From the IMG/VR virus record IMGVR_UViG_3300000976_000007, positions 1-41,673 of that record: a stretch of 41,673 nucleotides of DNA, one strand, 5' to 3'. Shown here piece after piece: positions 27,426 through 34,673 of this stretch. Below the pieces are notes generated by a model, which was given only the letters and a program-made list of their open reading frames with translations, was not told the origin of the DNA and searched no databases. How positions within the stretch are numbered: position 1 is the first letter of the stretch; every line of letters begins with the position of its first letter. The stretch is from a virus. Both the position numbers and the translations under genes were made by a program.

Positions 27426-27983
27426 ATGGCTGGATGCTTTGATACTTCACAGTTACTAAATAATTGCAAAACAACCGCAGATAGTTTTAAGCAACTACTT
27501 GACCAGGTGTGCGAAGTTTTTGATACGCCTAGTATCATAACTGACATTACGACTAAGGCTACAAATGCTGAGAATGAGTTTCCAGGATTTACAAGTAAGA
27601 CGTTTACCAATGATGATGATGGTTGCCCAGGTACTCAAAGAACCTTTCGTGGGGTTTTGGTAGCAACGGCATCTGTCGCAACTGATCATGTTAGTGGTGT
27701 TCATATCATTGGTCATGCACTTGACGTTGATGGTGTAACAGTTGCAGGTGATTTTGATAATGCAAATAGCCCAGGATGGAATCAATACTTTGGATTACCA
27801 GAGGCAGGAGCGGGTCTAAGAGAGGGAATGCTTCCAGTTATAATACACCCAATAGTTGTTGCTCCAAACGTTACAATAACCTATGCACATAGGGTTTTTA
27901 CAAACAACACTCTGTCAAACAATCCTGTATTTAACTTTGTTTCTACTGAGAGTAGACATTTATTTTTAATAGGAGGTTACTAG
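27426..27983 (+). CDS. hypothetical tail-module protein (185 aa)
   Basis: ORF track; GGGGA upstream. Confidence 0.55.
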   Translation: MAGCFDTSQLLNNCKTTADSFKQLLDQVCEVFDTPSIITDITTKATNAENEFPGFTSKTFTNDDDGCPGTQRTFRGVLVATASVATDHVSGVHIIGHALDVDGVTVAGDFDNANSPGWNQYFGLPEAGAGLREGMLPVIIHPIVVAPNVTITYAHRVFTNNTLSNNPVFNFVSTESRHLFLIGGY

Positions 27984-28423
27984 TGAGCAAGATTAGAAAT
28001 ATATATGTGAAGTTTTATAACTTAGTAAAAAACCAAAAAGTTTATAACGGGGATTATGGGAGAGTTACTAAGTTCTTCAGAGCTGGTGAGTCTGACACTT
28101 CAATCGATAATGGACAGGTATTACCAATCTCTATAGAGAGAACCTTTAATCACTTTGACGAGAATCTTCTTTATGATGAAGTTACAGAAGAGGCTTATTT
28201 AGCTTTTATTGAATCAAGAAGCTCTGCAATAGCAAGAATGCGACAAGAAGCCGAGACTCGGGTTTTAGAGGAACAACAAAAAGCAAGTCAAGTATTTGCT
28301 GATGCATTGATTAAACTAGGATTAAGTAAAGAAGACACTTTGCTTGTTCTGTCTGCTCTTAATTTGCAGGCATTAAAACAAGCAGAGCCACTACCCACTC
28401 CAATCACGAGGGTTGTTAGATAA
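27983..28423 (+). CDS. hypothetical tail-module protein (146 aa)
   Basis: GTG start with AGGAGG 6 nt upstream. Confidence 0.55.
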   Translation: MSKIRNIYVKFYNLVKNQKVYNGDYGRVTKFFRAGESDTSIDNGQVLPISIERTFNHFDENLLYDEVTEEAYLAFIESRSSAIARMRQEAETRVLEEQQKASQVFADALIKLGLSKEDTLLVLSALNLQALKQAEPLPTPITRVVR

Positions 28424-29847
28424 TGAGCGTTTTAAACCTAGATGCATATCAAGGCTGTGGTCATGGAACATCAGACTTACTAGCAACTTTTACAGAAATA
28501 CAAGCATGTTTTGATGGTATGGGGGGTAATACTGTCACTTTGACCTATAATGGAGTTGGGCACTTTCTTACATTTAATAATGGAACGGGAGCGACTGATT
28601 TACAGCTAGAGATGTCTGCTATTGGTCTTATTGGAACTAACTTAATTCATACAAGACCAGATGGCACTCAAGATATATTAGATTTATGCCCCGCCGTTCA
28701 AGCTTGCGAAACCTTAACCGTATTTAACTATATTCCAGCCACGGGAATTATTACTTTCTTGGACGAAAACGGAGACCTTAATCAGTTTACATTAAATATA
28801 CCTCAAGGGTTTAAGTCTGTAATTTCATACGATGATGTTCTACATCAGCTTGTTCATCAAGACGGCGACACTACCACAACAGTAATGGACTTAAACGTTG
28901 GTATTTTAACACTAACAGGAAATCAATTTTTAAACTACGAAGATGCGAGTGGCACAACAGTTTCTCATGATCTTTGCCCTGTTGTTAAGAACTGTGAAAC
29001 TGAAACCGACTTAGATTTTAATCCAGCGACTGGAGTTTTAACATTTACTAATGAAACGGGAGTTCCTGTTCAGTTTACTTTGCCAACAGGAGGCGGAGGC
29101 GGAGGTCTTTCAGTATTGACATATGATCCAGTAGATCATGCGATACTCCACTCAGATGGTAGTGGGAATGCCGCTCAAATAATCCCGCTTGATAATCCTA
29201 CGATTAGCTATAATGATACGACTGGAATCTTAACTCACATTGCACCAAATGGTGATGTTACCAACCTGGATATTGCACCATCATTGATTACAAGAGGAGA
29301 AGATGGATCAATTGGTGGAGTTCCTAATTTGATAACAGATCCGCTAGGTTTTGTAACTGAAGATGTTCCAGTTCCTAGTGTTGTCGCTAATAGAGTTCAG
29401 ATACCAGAAGATCTAGTTTTTTGTTTCCAATCGAGAGTCGGAGAAAATAATAATAATCCTCCAGACGGTGATATTTACGCTCAAGCACAAATCGTGGTCG
29501 CTAATAATACTACTCAGCTTGTTAGGGGGGTTGTTATTTTTAATGCCGAGAGGGCGTCTATTTCAGTTGATCCATCGACAGCCGCAAGAGGACAGCAAAT
29601 AGAATACCGAATAGACGGAGGTGCCTGGACTCGTTTCACGACCTTTGCGATCGATAATCAATCGACTGGTAATAATAGTATTGAGGTATTTTTTGGTGGA
29701 GGGTCTATTCCTATATGTGTCGATCTTCCTGCTGGAACAACTGGAGTATATGAAATTAGAGCTGTTGTTCTAAACAACTTAGGTAATGTTAATTTTGTAA
29801 ACACCAGAAACTCAGTCACATTTTACGGAACTAATACTAAGACATAG
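28423..29847 (+). CDS. tail fibre / receptor-binding candidate with internal repeats (474 aa)
   Basis: Two units of about 96 aa, each containing DLCPxVxxCET...PATG(I/V)(I/L)TF...QFTL and (L/I)(T/S)Y(D/N)...H.DG blocks, plus a Gly6 hinge. Confidence 0.55.
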   Translation: MSVLNLDAYQGCGHGTSDLLATFTEIQACFDGMGGNTVTLTYNGVGHFLTFNNGTGATDLQLEMSAIGLIGTNLIHTRPDGTQDILDLCPAVQACETLTVFNYIPATGIITFLDENGDLNQFTLNIPQGFKSVISYDDVLHQLVHQDGDTTTTVMDLNVGILTLTGNQFLNYEDASGTTVSHDLCPVVKNCETETDLDFNPATGVLTFTNETGVPVQFTLPTGGGGGGLSVLTYDPVDHAILHSDGSGNAAQIIPLDNPTISYNDTTGILTHIAPNGDVTNLDIAPSLITRGEDGSIGGVPNLITDPLGFVTEDVPVPSVVANRVQIPEDLVFCFQSRVGENNNNPPDGDIYAQAQIVVANNTTQLVRGVVIFNAERASISVDPSTAARGQQIEYRIDGGAWTRFTTFAIDNQSTGNNSIEVFFGGGSIPICVDLPAGTTGVYEIRAVVLNNLGNVNFVNTRNSVTFYGTNTKT

Positions 29848-29853
29848 GTAGAT

Positions 29854-30498
29854 ATGAATACAACAATTGAACAGTTTTTCTGGAACGGAGAGGAGGTAAC
29901 ACAGCAAGAGTTTTTGATCCTAGAAGCGCAACAAGCGATGCAGATAGAGACAAGCCAGGCACAACAGTCAGAAGTCCAGGCTGGTCTGATGCTAGATGCA
30001 GTAGCAGACATGCTGGCATTGGGATTTACCAGAAATGCTATTTTAGCTTTAACGGGCGTCGATATTACAGCAACGCCAGTTCTGCCAGTTCAGCCAAATC
30101 CAAGCCCAAGGCTTCGTGAAAACATGTCTGAAACGTTAGAGAGAAACGGTAACGTTACGAATGGAACAACTATATGGCTAAGGAGAGGCTCTACTTCTAT
30201 TGGAGATAGTGATGATGCCCCTCTCGTTATGCCTGAAAATGCACAACTAATTAGTTTAACATACTCACTTCGAACGGTAGTCGGGGGCGCAGGTGATTTT
30301 AGTATTTTTATTTATAGAAATGACTTCACTACTCCAATAGAGGAAGTAAAGTTTAGTGTAACTACGACACAGCGAACTGGCGTAATTGACTTAAAGAGTT
30401 CTTTCGAGAAAGGAGATGAAGTCGCTGTTCGAGCACAACGAACTGGTGGTGGAAATGGTAATGACTTGGTTGTTAATTTAAATTATAGGATTTTATAA
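29854..30498 (+). CDS. hypothetical tail-module protein (214 aa)
   Basis: ORF track. It is the last gene before the lysis cassette. Confidence 0.5.
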   Translation: MNTTIEQFFWNGEEVTQQEFLILEAQQAMQIETSQAQQSEVQAGLMLDAVADMLALGFTRNAILALTGVDITATPVLPVQPNPSPRLRENMSETLERNGNVTNGTTIWLRRGSTSIGDSDDAPLVMPENAQLISLTYSLRTVVGGAGDFSIFIYRNDFTTPIEEVKFSVTTTQRTGVIDLKSSFEKGDEVAVRAQRTGGGNGNDLVVNLNYRIL

Positions 30499-30499
30499 A

Positions 30500-31111
30500 A
30501 TGAGCTGGAGATGGTCACCATATTTTGAGCCTGTGGAAGTTCTAAGTCCTGCTGGAATGAGGTATTATAACAAGAGAGGACAAATTCAAGTTCAAGGTTC
30601 TTGCTTAGATGCACTAGTTGCATGGAGGGTTTTTTGGAATAGTGGTATTATAATAAATAGTAAAAGAAACAAACGTCGAGGTTATCGCTCAGTAAAGGAA
30701 GCGAGAGAGGTTTATAAGCAAAAGAAGCGTGTAATCTATGGAGCGCATGTTCAGGGTATTGCTTTTGACCAAACACCAATTAGAGAGAGTATATTTGACT
30801 TTACGATAGGGGCTTTGCTTTGGAATAAAAAGCGGTTATTTGAGGATAAAATGCCATTTAGAGCGATTGGAATATACCCTGCAATGAACTTCATGCATGG
30901 CGATTTTAGAACTCTAAGATATCAGCAATTCGTTATCTGGAATGGAAATAAATCAATAACTGTTGTCTTACAAGATAAAGATTTGATTAAGATGACAGCA
31001 CAAGAAATAGCTGACTTCCTAAAGAGCAACTTAAATGTTCCTAAGAAGTGGAGTATTGCTAATGAAAAGAAAATCCTAGAACTAGAAGAAAGAACTGGGT
31101 ATGTTAGCTAA
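30500..31111 (+). CDS. endolysin candidate, peptidase M15 (zinc D-Ala-D-Ala carboxypeptidase fold)
   Basis: RGYRS, then AHVQGIAFD (H-x-x-G-x-A-x-D) and a late MHGDF (H-x-D), which fits the M15A zinc-ligand pattern. Next to membrane and lipoprotein genes. Confidence 0.65.
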   Translation: MSWRWSPYFEPVEVLSPAGMRYYNKRGQIQVQGSCLDALVAWRVFWNSGIIINSKRNKRRGYRSVKEAREVYKQKKRVIYGAHVQGIAFDQTPIRESIFDFTIGALLWNKKRLFEDKMPFRAIGIYPAMNFMHGDFRTLRYQQFVIWNGNKSITVVLQDKDLIKMTAQEIADFLKSNLNVPKKWSIANEKKILELEERTGYVS

Positions 31112-31205
31112 AGATAGCGAGCAAAAAGATTTTGAAGTGTTTATACCTTTAGGCTGGTTATTACTTTGGATTTATAGAAAATTTAAAAGGAGAAAAAAGA
31201 AATGA
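31101..31205 (+). CDS. tiny membrane protein (34 aa, below ORF-track cutoff)
   Basis: Translation MLAKDSEQKDFEVFIPLGWLLLWIYRKFKRRKKK: one hydrophobic helix and a poly-basic tail. The SD is weak. Confidence 0.3.
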   Translation: MLAKDSEQKDFEVFIPLGWLLLWIYRKFKRRKKK

Positions 31206-31342
31206 AATTTTTACTTATGCTAGTTGTATTTTCATCTTGCACGTTCTCACCTGCATTAAATACACACCATCATACACACGAAGAAACTTACTTAATTAAA
31301 CCTGATAGCATTGAGAAAGTATTAACAGAAGAGGAGAAATAA
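31202..31342 (+). CDS. small lipoprotein, o-spanin-like candidate (46 aa, below ORF-track cutoff)
   Basis: AAGGAG 9 nt upstream. Translation MKFLLMLVVFSSCTFSPALNTHHHTHEETYLIKPDSIEKVLTEEEK has a signal sequence plus a lipobox-like FSSC. Confidence 0.5.
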   Translation: MKFLLMLVVFSSCTFSPALNTHHHTHEETYLIKPDSIEKVLTEEEK

Positions 31343-31343
31343 A

Positions 31344-31739
31344 ATGTCAGATATATCATACGAAGAGCTATTAAGAAGAGAGGCTGAAGTTGCCCAAAAA
31401 GAAGCTGAGCTTATGGTTGAAGAGCCAGAGAGAACACCATTACAATCGAGAACTGTCAAGGTTGGTTGGCTTGGTGCTTTAATAACTACTATTACGTTGC
31501 AAAAAGATTCAATTGCCGCGATTCTCTGTAGTGTTATTTCTGTTGATTGTGGTTTAGTCGGGAAAATCCTAACAGGTGTTTTAACTGTAATCGCTTTTAT
31601 TAATGGCTTCTTTGTTCAACACTTTAGAACTAACACTAAGGGAGAGATAACTACAAAAGCTAAAAGTGCAAAGAGAGCTGAGAAGCTTAAGAAGCTAATA
31701 GAAATCCAGAAGTCTTTAGAAGAGGATGACGAAATCTAA
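31344..31739 (+). CDS. holin-like membrane protein (131 aa)
   Basis: Two to three hydrophobic segments (VGWLGALITTITL, IAAILCSVISV, LTGVLTVIAFINGFFV) and a charged C-terminus. Adjacent to the endolysin. Confidence 0.45.
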   Translation: MSDISYEELLRREAEVAQKEAELMVEEPERTPLQSRTVKVGWLGALITTITLQKDSIAAILCSVISVDCGLVGKILTGVLTVIAFINGFFVQHFRTNTKGEITTKAKSAKRAEKLKKLIEIQKSLEEDDEI

Positions 31740-32146
31740 TGGGCTTTGATGAAAGAAAAGCATTTACAAAAATAGCTCTTGGCGACGAAGACTTGTCCCA
31801 CTACAGTCTTGGTCGCAAAGAGTTGCATGTAAACTCTCAAGAGACTCGTAGAGTAGAAATTGATTATGAAACTATCTTAGCTGACAATGATTTTATTGTT
31901 GATTTTACGGTAGTTGCAAAGAAGCAAGCATTCGGAGCAAGTGCTAATATTATCAGTAGTGCTACTCCCGAGTCTGATACTGATGGTAGGGCTGTTTTTG
32001 GTATTTTTACAATTGACAATACTGAAGATGGTTTGAGCTATGATGTAACAACTCAAGTAGAAACAAACCTTGGGGAAGTATTTACAACTCATTTTTTACT
32101 TGTCTCTGACAAAGGCTTAAGAAACGATAAGCTTTTCAGTGAGTAG
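31739..32146 (+). CDS. hypothetical protein (135 aa)
   Basis: TAATG overlap with the upstream stop; in the ORF track. Confidence 0.55.
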   Translation: MGFDERKAFTKIALGDEDLSHYSLGRKELHVNSQETRRVEIDYETILADNDFIVDFTVVAKKQAFGASANIISSATPESDTDGRAVFGIFTIDNTEDGLSYDVTTQVETNLGEVFTTHFLLVSDKGLRNDKLFSE

Positions 32147-32498
32147 TTTTCTGATTAAAAAATCAGGTTCTTGTTTTGGTTGTAGAGGGCTTCAGGTTTA
32201 CAGAGTCTCCAGAAGACATGAGCTTTTAGTCTTAGAGACTGACTGGAGCTTACATTCTCGACGGGGAAGTCACACCGTTGAGGATGCTTCTGTCTTATTT
32301 TACCCGACAAATGTTAGAAAGTTATCTAAGCCAATTGAATATGACATTAGGCTAGATAAGCTTAAATCAGTTCTAACAATCCGCATAGATGAATTCCCTA
32401 ATCTGGGGGGTAATTTTAAAATAATTCAACAAGTAAAGAAAATACAAGACCAACATCATGGTTCTTTAGCAGATGCTACGGTTATTAAGCTGATTTAG
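32139..32498 (+). CDS. hypothetical protein (119 aa), last gene of the late operon
   Basis: GTG start without a clear SD; followed by terminator hairpins. Confidence 0.45.
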   Translation: MSSFLIKKSGSCFGCRGLQVYRVSRRHELLVLETDWSLHSRRGSHTVEDASVLFYPTNVRKLSKPIEYDIRLDKLKSVLTIRIDEFPNLGGNFKIIQQVKKIQDQHHGSLADATVIKLI

Positions 32499-32531
32499 TT
32501 TTTCCTGGTTTAATATTAACCCAGGAAAAAA
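32499..32531. terminator. bidirectional-looking terminator hairpin
   Basis: TTTTTCCTGG (32499-32508) pairs with CCAGGAAAAA (32521-32530); T-run on one side and A-run on the other. Confidence 0.55.
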
Positions 32532-32589
32532 GAATAGGGTCGATACTAGAATAAAACCTATTCTTTCTAGTATCGAGGGTATTCTTTTA
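32531..32589 (+). other. long imperfect hairpin or 21-bp inverted repeat (terminator-like, or a protein-binding palindrome)
   Basis: Outer stem AGAATA (32531-36) / TATTCT (32580-85), a GGG/GGG internal loop, inner 12-bp stem TCGATACTAGAA (32540-51) / TTCTAGTATCGA (32565-76), then TTTT. An alternative AGAATAGG/CCTATTCT pairing is possible. Confidence 0.45.
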
Positions 32590-32590
32590 G

Positions 32591-32634
32591 GAGTTGTTAT
32601 TTTCAGATAATTTAAAAATAACAACTCTTTTCTC
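32591..32634 (+). terminator. 13-bp-stem terminator hairpin
   Basis: GAGTTGTTATTTT (32591-32603) pairs with AAAATAACAACTC (32615-32627), followed by TTTTCTC. Confidence 0.55.
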
Positions 32635-32706
32635 AATGATTTCAATGGGATAAATTAAGTTGTTGTTTTCAGTTGTGAGTTGTTATTCCCATAACTTACA
32701 ACTAAG
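32591..32706. repeat. iteron-like cluster of the AGTTGT(T) motif (candidate replication origin or Rep-binding sites)
   Basis: GAGTTGTTATTTTCAG (32591), AAGTTGTTGTTTTCAG (32657), AGTTGTG (32671) and GAGTTGTTATT (32677), plus inverted ACAACT at 32622 and 32699. Confidence 0.4.
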
Positions 32707-32722
32707 AAATACTGGTAAAAAT

Positions 32723-32760
32723 AAAAAAAGGGGTATTTTTTTAAAATTACCCCCCTTTTC
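32723..32760. terminator. bidirectional-looking terminator hairpin
   Basis: A7, then GGGGTA (32730-35) pairing with TACCCC (32748-53), then CC and TTTT. Confidence 0.5.
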
Positions 32761-32774
32761 TTGGAGACCTAAGC

Positions 32775-33002
32775 ATGGACACACTGGAACATTTAGAAGA
32801 CTATTACCGCCACACAATGAAGCGAATACGCCAAAGGCGAGCAAATATCATTAAAAATATGCCACTATCTGAGGTTGATGCTATTAAGTATAAGCAAAAC
32901 CTAGTTATTTACTGTCGCAGGCAGAAACAAAGAATTCTTAAGAAGATGGGTCAGACTGAGCCAGTGCTTCAGAAGTCCTCCCAAGTAGATTATCAAGCTT
33001 AG
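32775..33002 (+). CDS. hypothetical basic protein (75 aa), convergently overlapping the rep 3-prime end
   Basis: GGAG 8 nt upstream of the ATG. Overlaps the minus-strand rep gene by 65 nt, so it is uncertain. Confidence 0.35.
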   Translation: MDTLEHLEDYYRHTMKRIRQRRANIIKNMPLSEVDAIKYKQNLVIYCRRQKQRILKKMGQTEPVLQKSSQVDYQA

Positions 33003-33846
33003 CTTTAGTAGCCTTATCGATTTCTGTATTAGTATTGTCGTTTTTATTTTTCGATACGTCTGATTTATCCCTAGATTTAGCCTTAAATATATTCCCGTCT
33101 CTTCTGCCTGAGGGATTATTTGCATTTTTCGATATGGGGGCTTCTTTCTCAGAATAGTATTTTTCCTTGCCCTTTGAGACCGCCATATTTGCCTGTGACG
33201 CGATTATGTTGCCCATATCTCTGATTGCTTGATTAATATAAATAAAACCACGTGTGCGTGAACCTCGATGATTAGAGGTGGATGCCATGGTCTCAGCATA
33301 AACTAAGATTGATTCTATTTCGTCCTGGGAAAGTTTTTGCTTATCGAATCCTTTTTGAATTACTTCACGCTGTGAGTGGGAAATTCCCAAAGATGGATAT
33401 TTCTTTAAAAGCATAAATCCAGATCCTATAATTTCAGTATCAAATTCAAGAGGGTGATTTTCTTTATAGAGAGTGGTTTTAGTATTAGTTGGTTTTAAGT
33501 TTAAGGTTTTATGGTTAACCTCAGGTGAACCCCCCTTAACCTCAGGTGAACCCTCAACACTTTGGTCACTAATTATTTTGCCAGTCATTTTGAGGATTCT
33601 ACGAGTGCCTTTTTCGCTCTTTTTATACACTGCTTCGATGTAGTTTTTATCTACCAAAATCTTTATATGTTCTCGAACTCGATTTGGATGACATCGAATA
33701 CAATCAGCAATTCTTTCATTAGAAAGATAGACATCTCCAGAGCGGGAGAATGACCAAATTAACTCAAAAAGTAGCAAGGTAGATGCTTTTAGTTCTTTAT
33801 CTTGCAACATTTCCGTGCTAAAAGCAGAAGTGTAAATATCTTTCAT
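32938..33846 (-). CDS. replication initiator-like protein with N-terminal winged helix-turn-helix (302 aa)
   Basis: N-terminal LSNERIADCIRCHPNRVREHIKILVDKNYIEAV resembles wHTH replication and DnaD-type initiators. Has in-gene DNA repeats, nearby iterons, and GGAG upstream. Confidence 0.55.
   Translation of the reverse strand: MKDIYTSAFSTEMLQDKELKASTLLLFELIWSFSRSGDVYLSNERIADCIRCHPNRVREHIKILVDKNYIEAVYKKSEKGTRRILKMTGKIISDQSVEGSPEVKGGSPEVNHKTLNLKPTNTKTTLYKENHPLEFDTEIIGSGFMLLKKYPSLGISHSQREVIQKGFDKQKLSQDEIESILVYAETMASTSNHRGSRTRGFIYINQAIRDMGNIIASQANMAVSKGKEKYYSEKEAPISKNANNPSGRRDGNIFKAKSRDKSDVSKNKNDNTNTEIDKATKAKLDNLLGRTSEALAQSDPSS
33515..33553. repeat. tandem direct repeat (two copies of TTAACCTCAGGTGAACCC, period 21 bp) inside rep
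   Basis: Copies at 33515-33532 and 33536-33553. Each contains the palindrome ACCTCAGGT. Flanked by three GGTTTTA repeats at 33475, 33491 and 33505. Confidence 0.85.
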
Positions 33847-33883
33847 AGGGTAATTACTCCAAAAAATAGTTTATATTTGTTCT

Positions 33884-33917
33884 AAATGGGGAGAGTGGTT
33901 ACTCCCCATTTTTTTTA
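33884..33917 (+). terminator. hairpin plus T-run oriented for + strand termination, located between two minus-strand genes
   Basis: AAATGGGGAG (33884-93) pairs with CTCCCCATTT (33902-11), with the T-run continuing to 33917. On the minus strand only TTT follows the stem. Confidence 0.5.
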
Positions 33918-33955
33918 CTCTCGAATAGTGATCCAGTCCAGATTTATTTTTTAAC

Positions 33956-34369
33956 TTAGTGGATTACTTTACTTTTAGAGTCTTCAAAGATGCTTCCCGA
34001 TTCAAGATAGTTTGTAACAAGCCTAACTATGTCATCGGCAGACGTTGCGTATAGCACGCAAGCAAGGTATCCAGCTTGGTTTAATTTTTTACACCAATCG
34101 ATTTGATGTTCAGTTGGTTTATTTCTGCCAGCTTTTAGTTCAATGAACAAACCATTGTAATCACCAACAGGTAGCAACACAGCAATATCAGGAAAGCCTT
34201 TACTCGCTCCCTCCTGTAATCGCATTTTTAGCCATACTACATCATTACCTCTTTGTAGTGGGTAGCTAAGGATCATTCCCCAACGCCAGTCAGTGTTTGC
34301 ACGCCAAGCAACTTCCTCAAAAAAGGCAACCTGCATATCTCTTTCTGGTGATTTTTGTCTCTTTTTCAT
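33956..34369 (-). CDS. VRR-NUC domain nuclease (PD-(D/E)xK fold)
   Basis: E early in the protein, then GFPDIAVLL, FIELKAGRNKPTEHQIDW and KKLNQAGY. This matches the E / PD / ExK / Q order of VRR-NUC. Confidence 0.75.
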   Translation of the reverse strand: MKKRQKSPERDMQVAFFEEVAWRANTDWRWGMILSYPLQRGNDVVWLKMRLQEGASKGFPDIAVLLPVGDYNGLFIELKAGRNKPTEHQIDWCKKLNQAGYLACVLYATSADDIVRLVTNYLESGSIFEDSKSKVIH

Positions 34370-34388
34370 ATTTGAATCCTTTTGATAG

Positions 34389-34417
34389 TTGACGGCATCT
34401 TAAAATTAAGATATTAT
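34389..34417 (+). promoter_or_regulatory. sigma70-type early promoter: TTGACG, 17 nt spacer, TATTAT
   Basis: -35 at 34389-94 and -10 at 34412-17, with an exact 17-nt spacer. About 30 nt upstream of the first early ATG (34450). Confidence 0.6.
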
Positions 34418-34425
34418 TATTTCAA
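34397..34425 (-). promoter_or_regulatory. divergent minus-strand promoter TTGAAA, 17 nt spacer, TAAGAT, overlapping the + promoter
   Basis: On the minus strand the -35 is 34425-34420 and the -10 is 34402-34397. It would drive VRR-NUC and rep. Confidence 0.45.
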
Positions 34426-34449
34426 CGACAACAAATAAAGGATAGAAAA

Positions 34450-34650
34450 ATGCAAACACAAAATAACCCCCTATTAAATAATCAGAGAAAACTTCGTAAG
34501 TTAAAAACTTGCGAAAACTGCCGTTGCAGATATCCAAAAGAAGAAATTGAGAACGTTGTAACAGGTTATCATTGGGATTATCACAATGAGATGACTGACG
34601 TTGAATCAATGGATATGTGCCAAGAGTGCAGAGATAATTTAGAATACTAA
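34450..34650 (+). CDS. zinc-ribbon-like small protein (66 aa)
   Basis: Paired CxxC motifs (CENCRC ... CQEC). It is the first gene of the early operon. Confidence 0.55.
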   Translation: MQTQNNPLLNNQRKLRKLKTCENCRCRYPKEEIENVVTGYHWDYHNEMTDVESMDMCQECRDNLEY

Positions 34651-34673
34651 ACGACAACAACAAGGAGAGAAAA

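Noticed and set aside
28423-29847. A diversity-generating retroelement target in the fibre gene.
   Set aside because: There is no reverse transcriptase and no template repeat anywhere in the genome. The internal repeats are protein-module duplications.
32591-32706. CRISPR-like array suggested by the repeated GAGTTGTTATT motif.
   Set aside because: The repeats are only 11-16 nt, irregularly spaced, and in both orientations, and there are no cas genes. They fit iterons or terminator stems better.
32660-32854. 64-aa + strand ORF (TTG start) in the structured intergenic region.
   Set aside because: It runs straight through the iteron cluster and the GGGGTA/TACCCC terminator hairpin. It has a TTG start without an SD, and its product is a low-complexity basic peptide.
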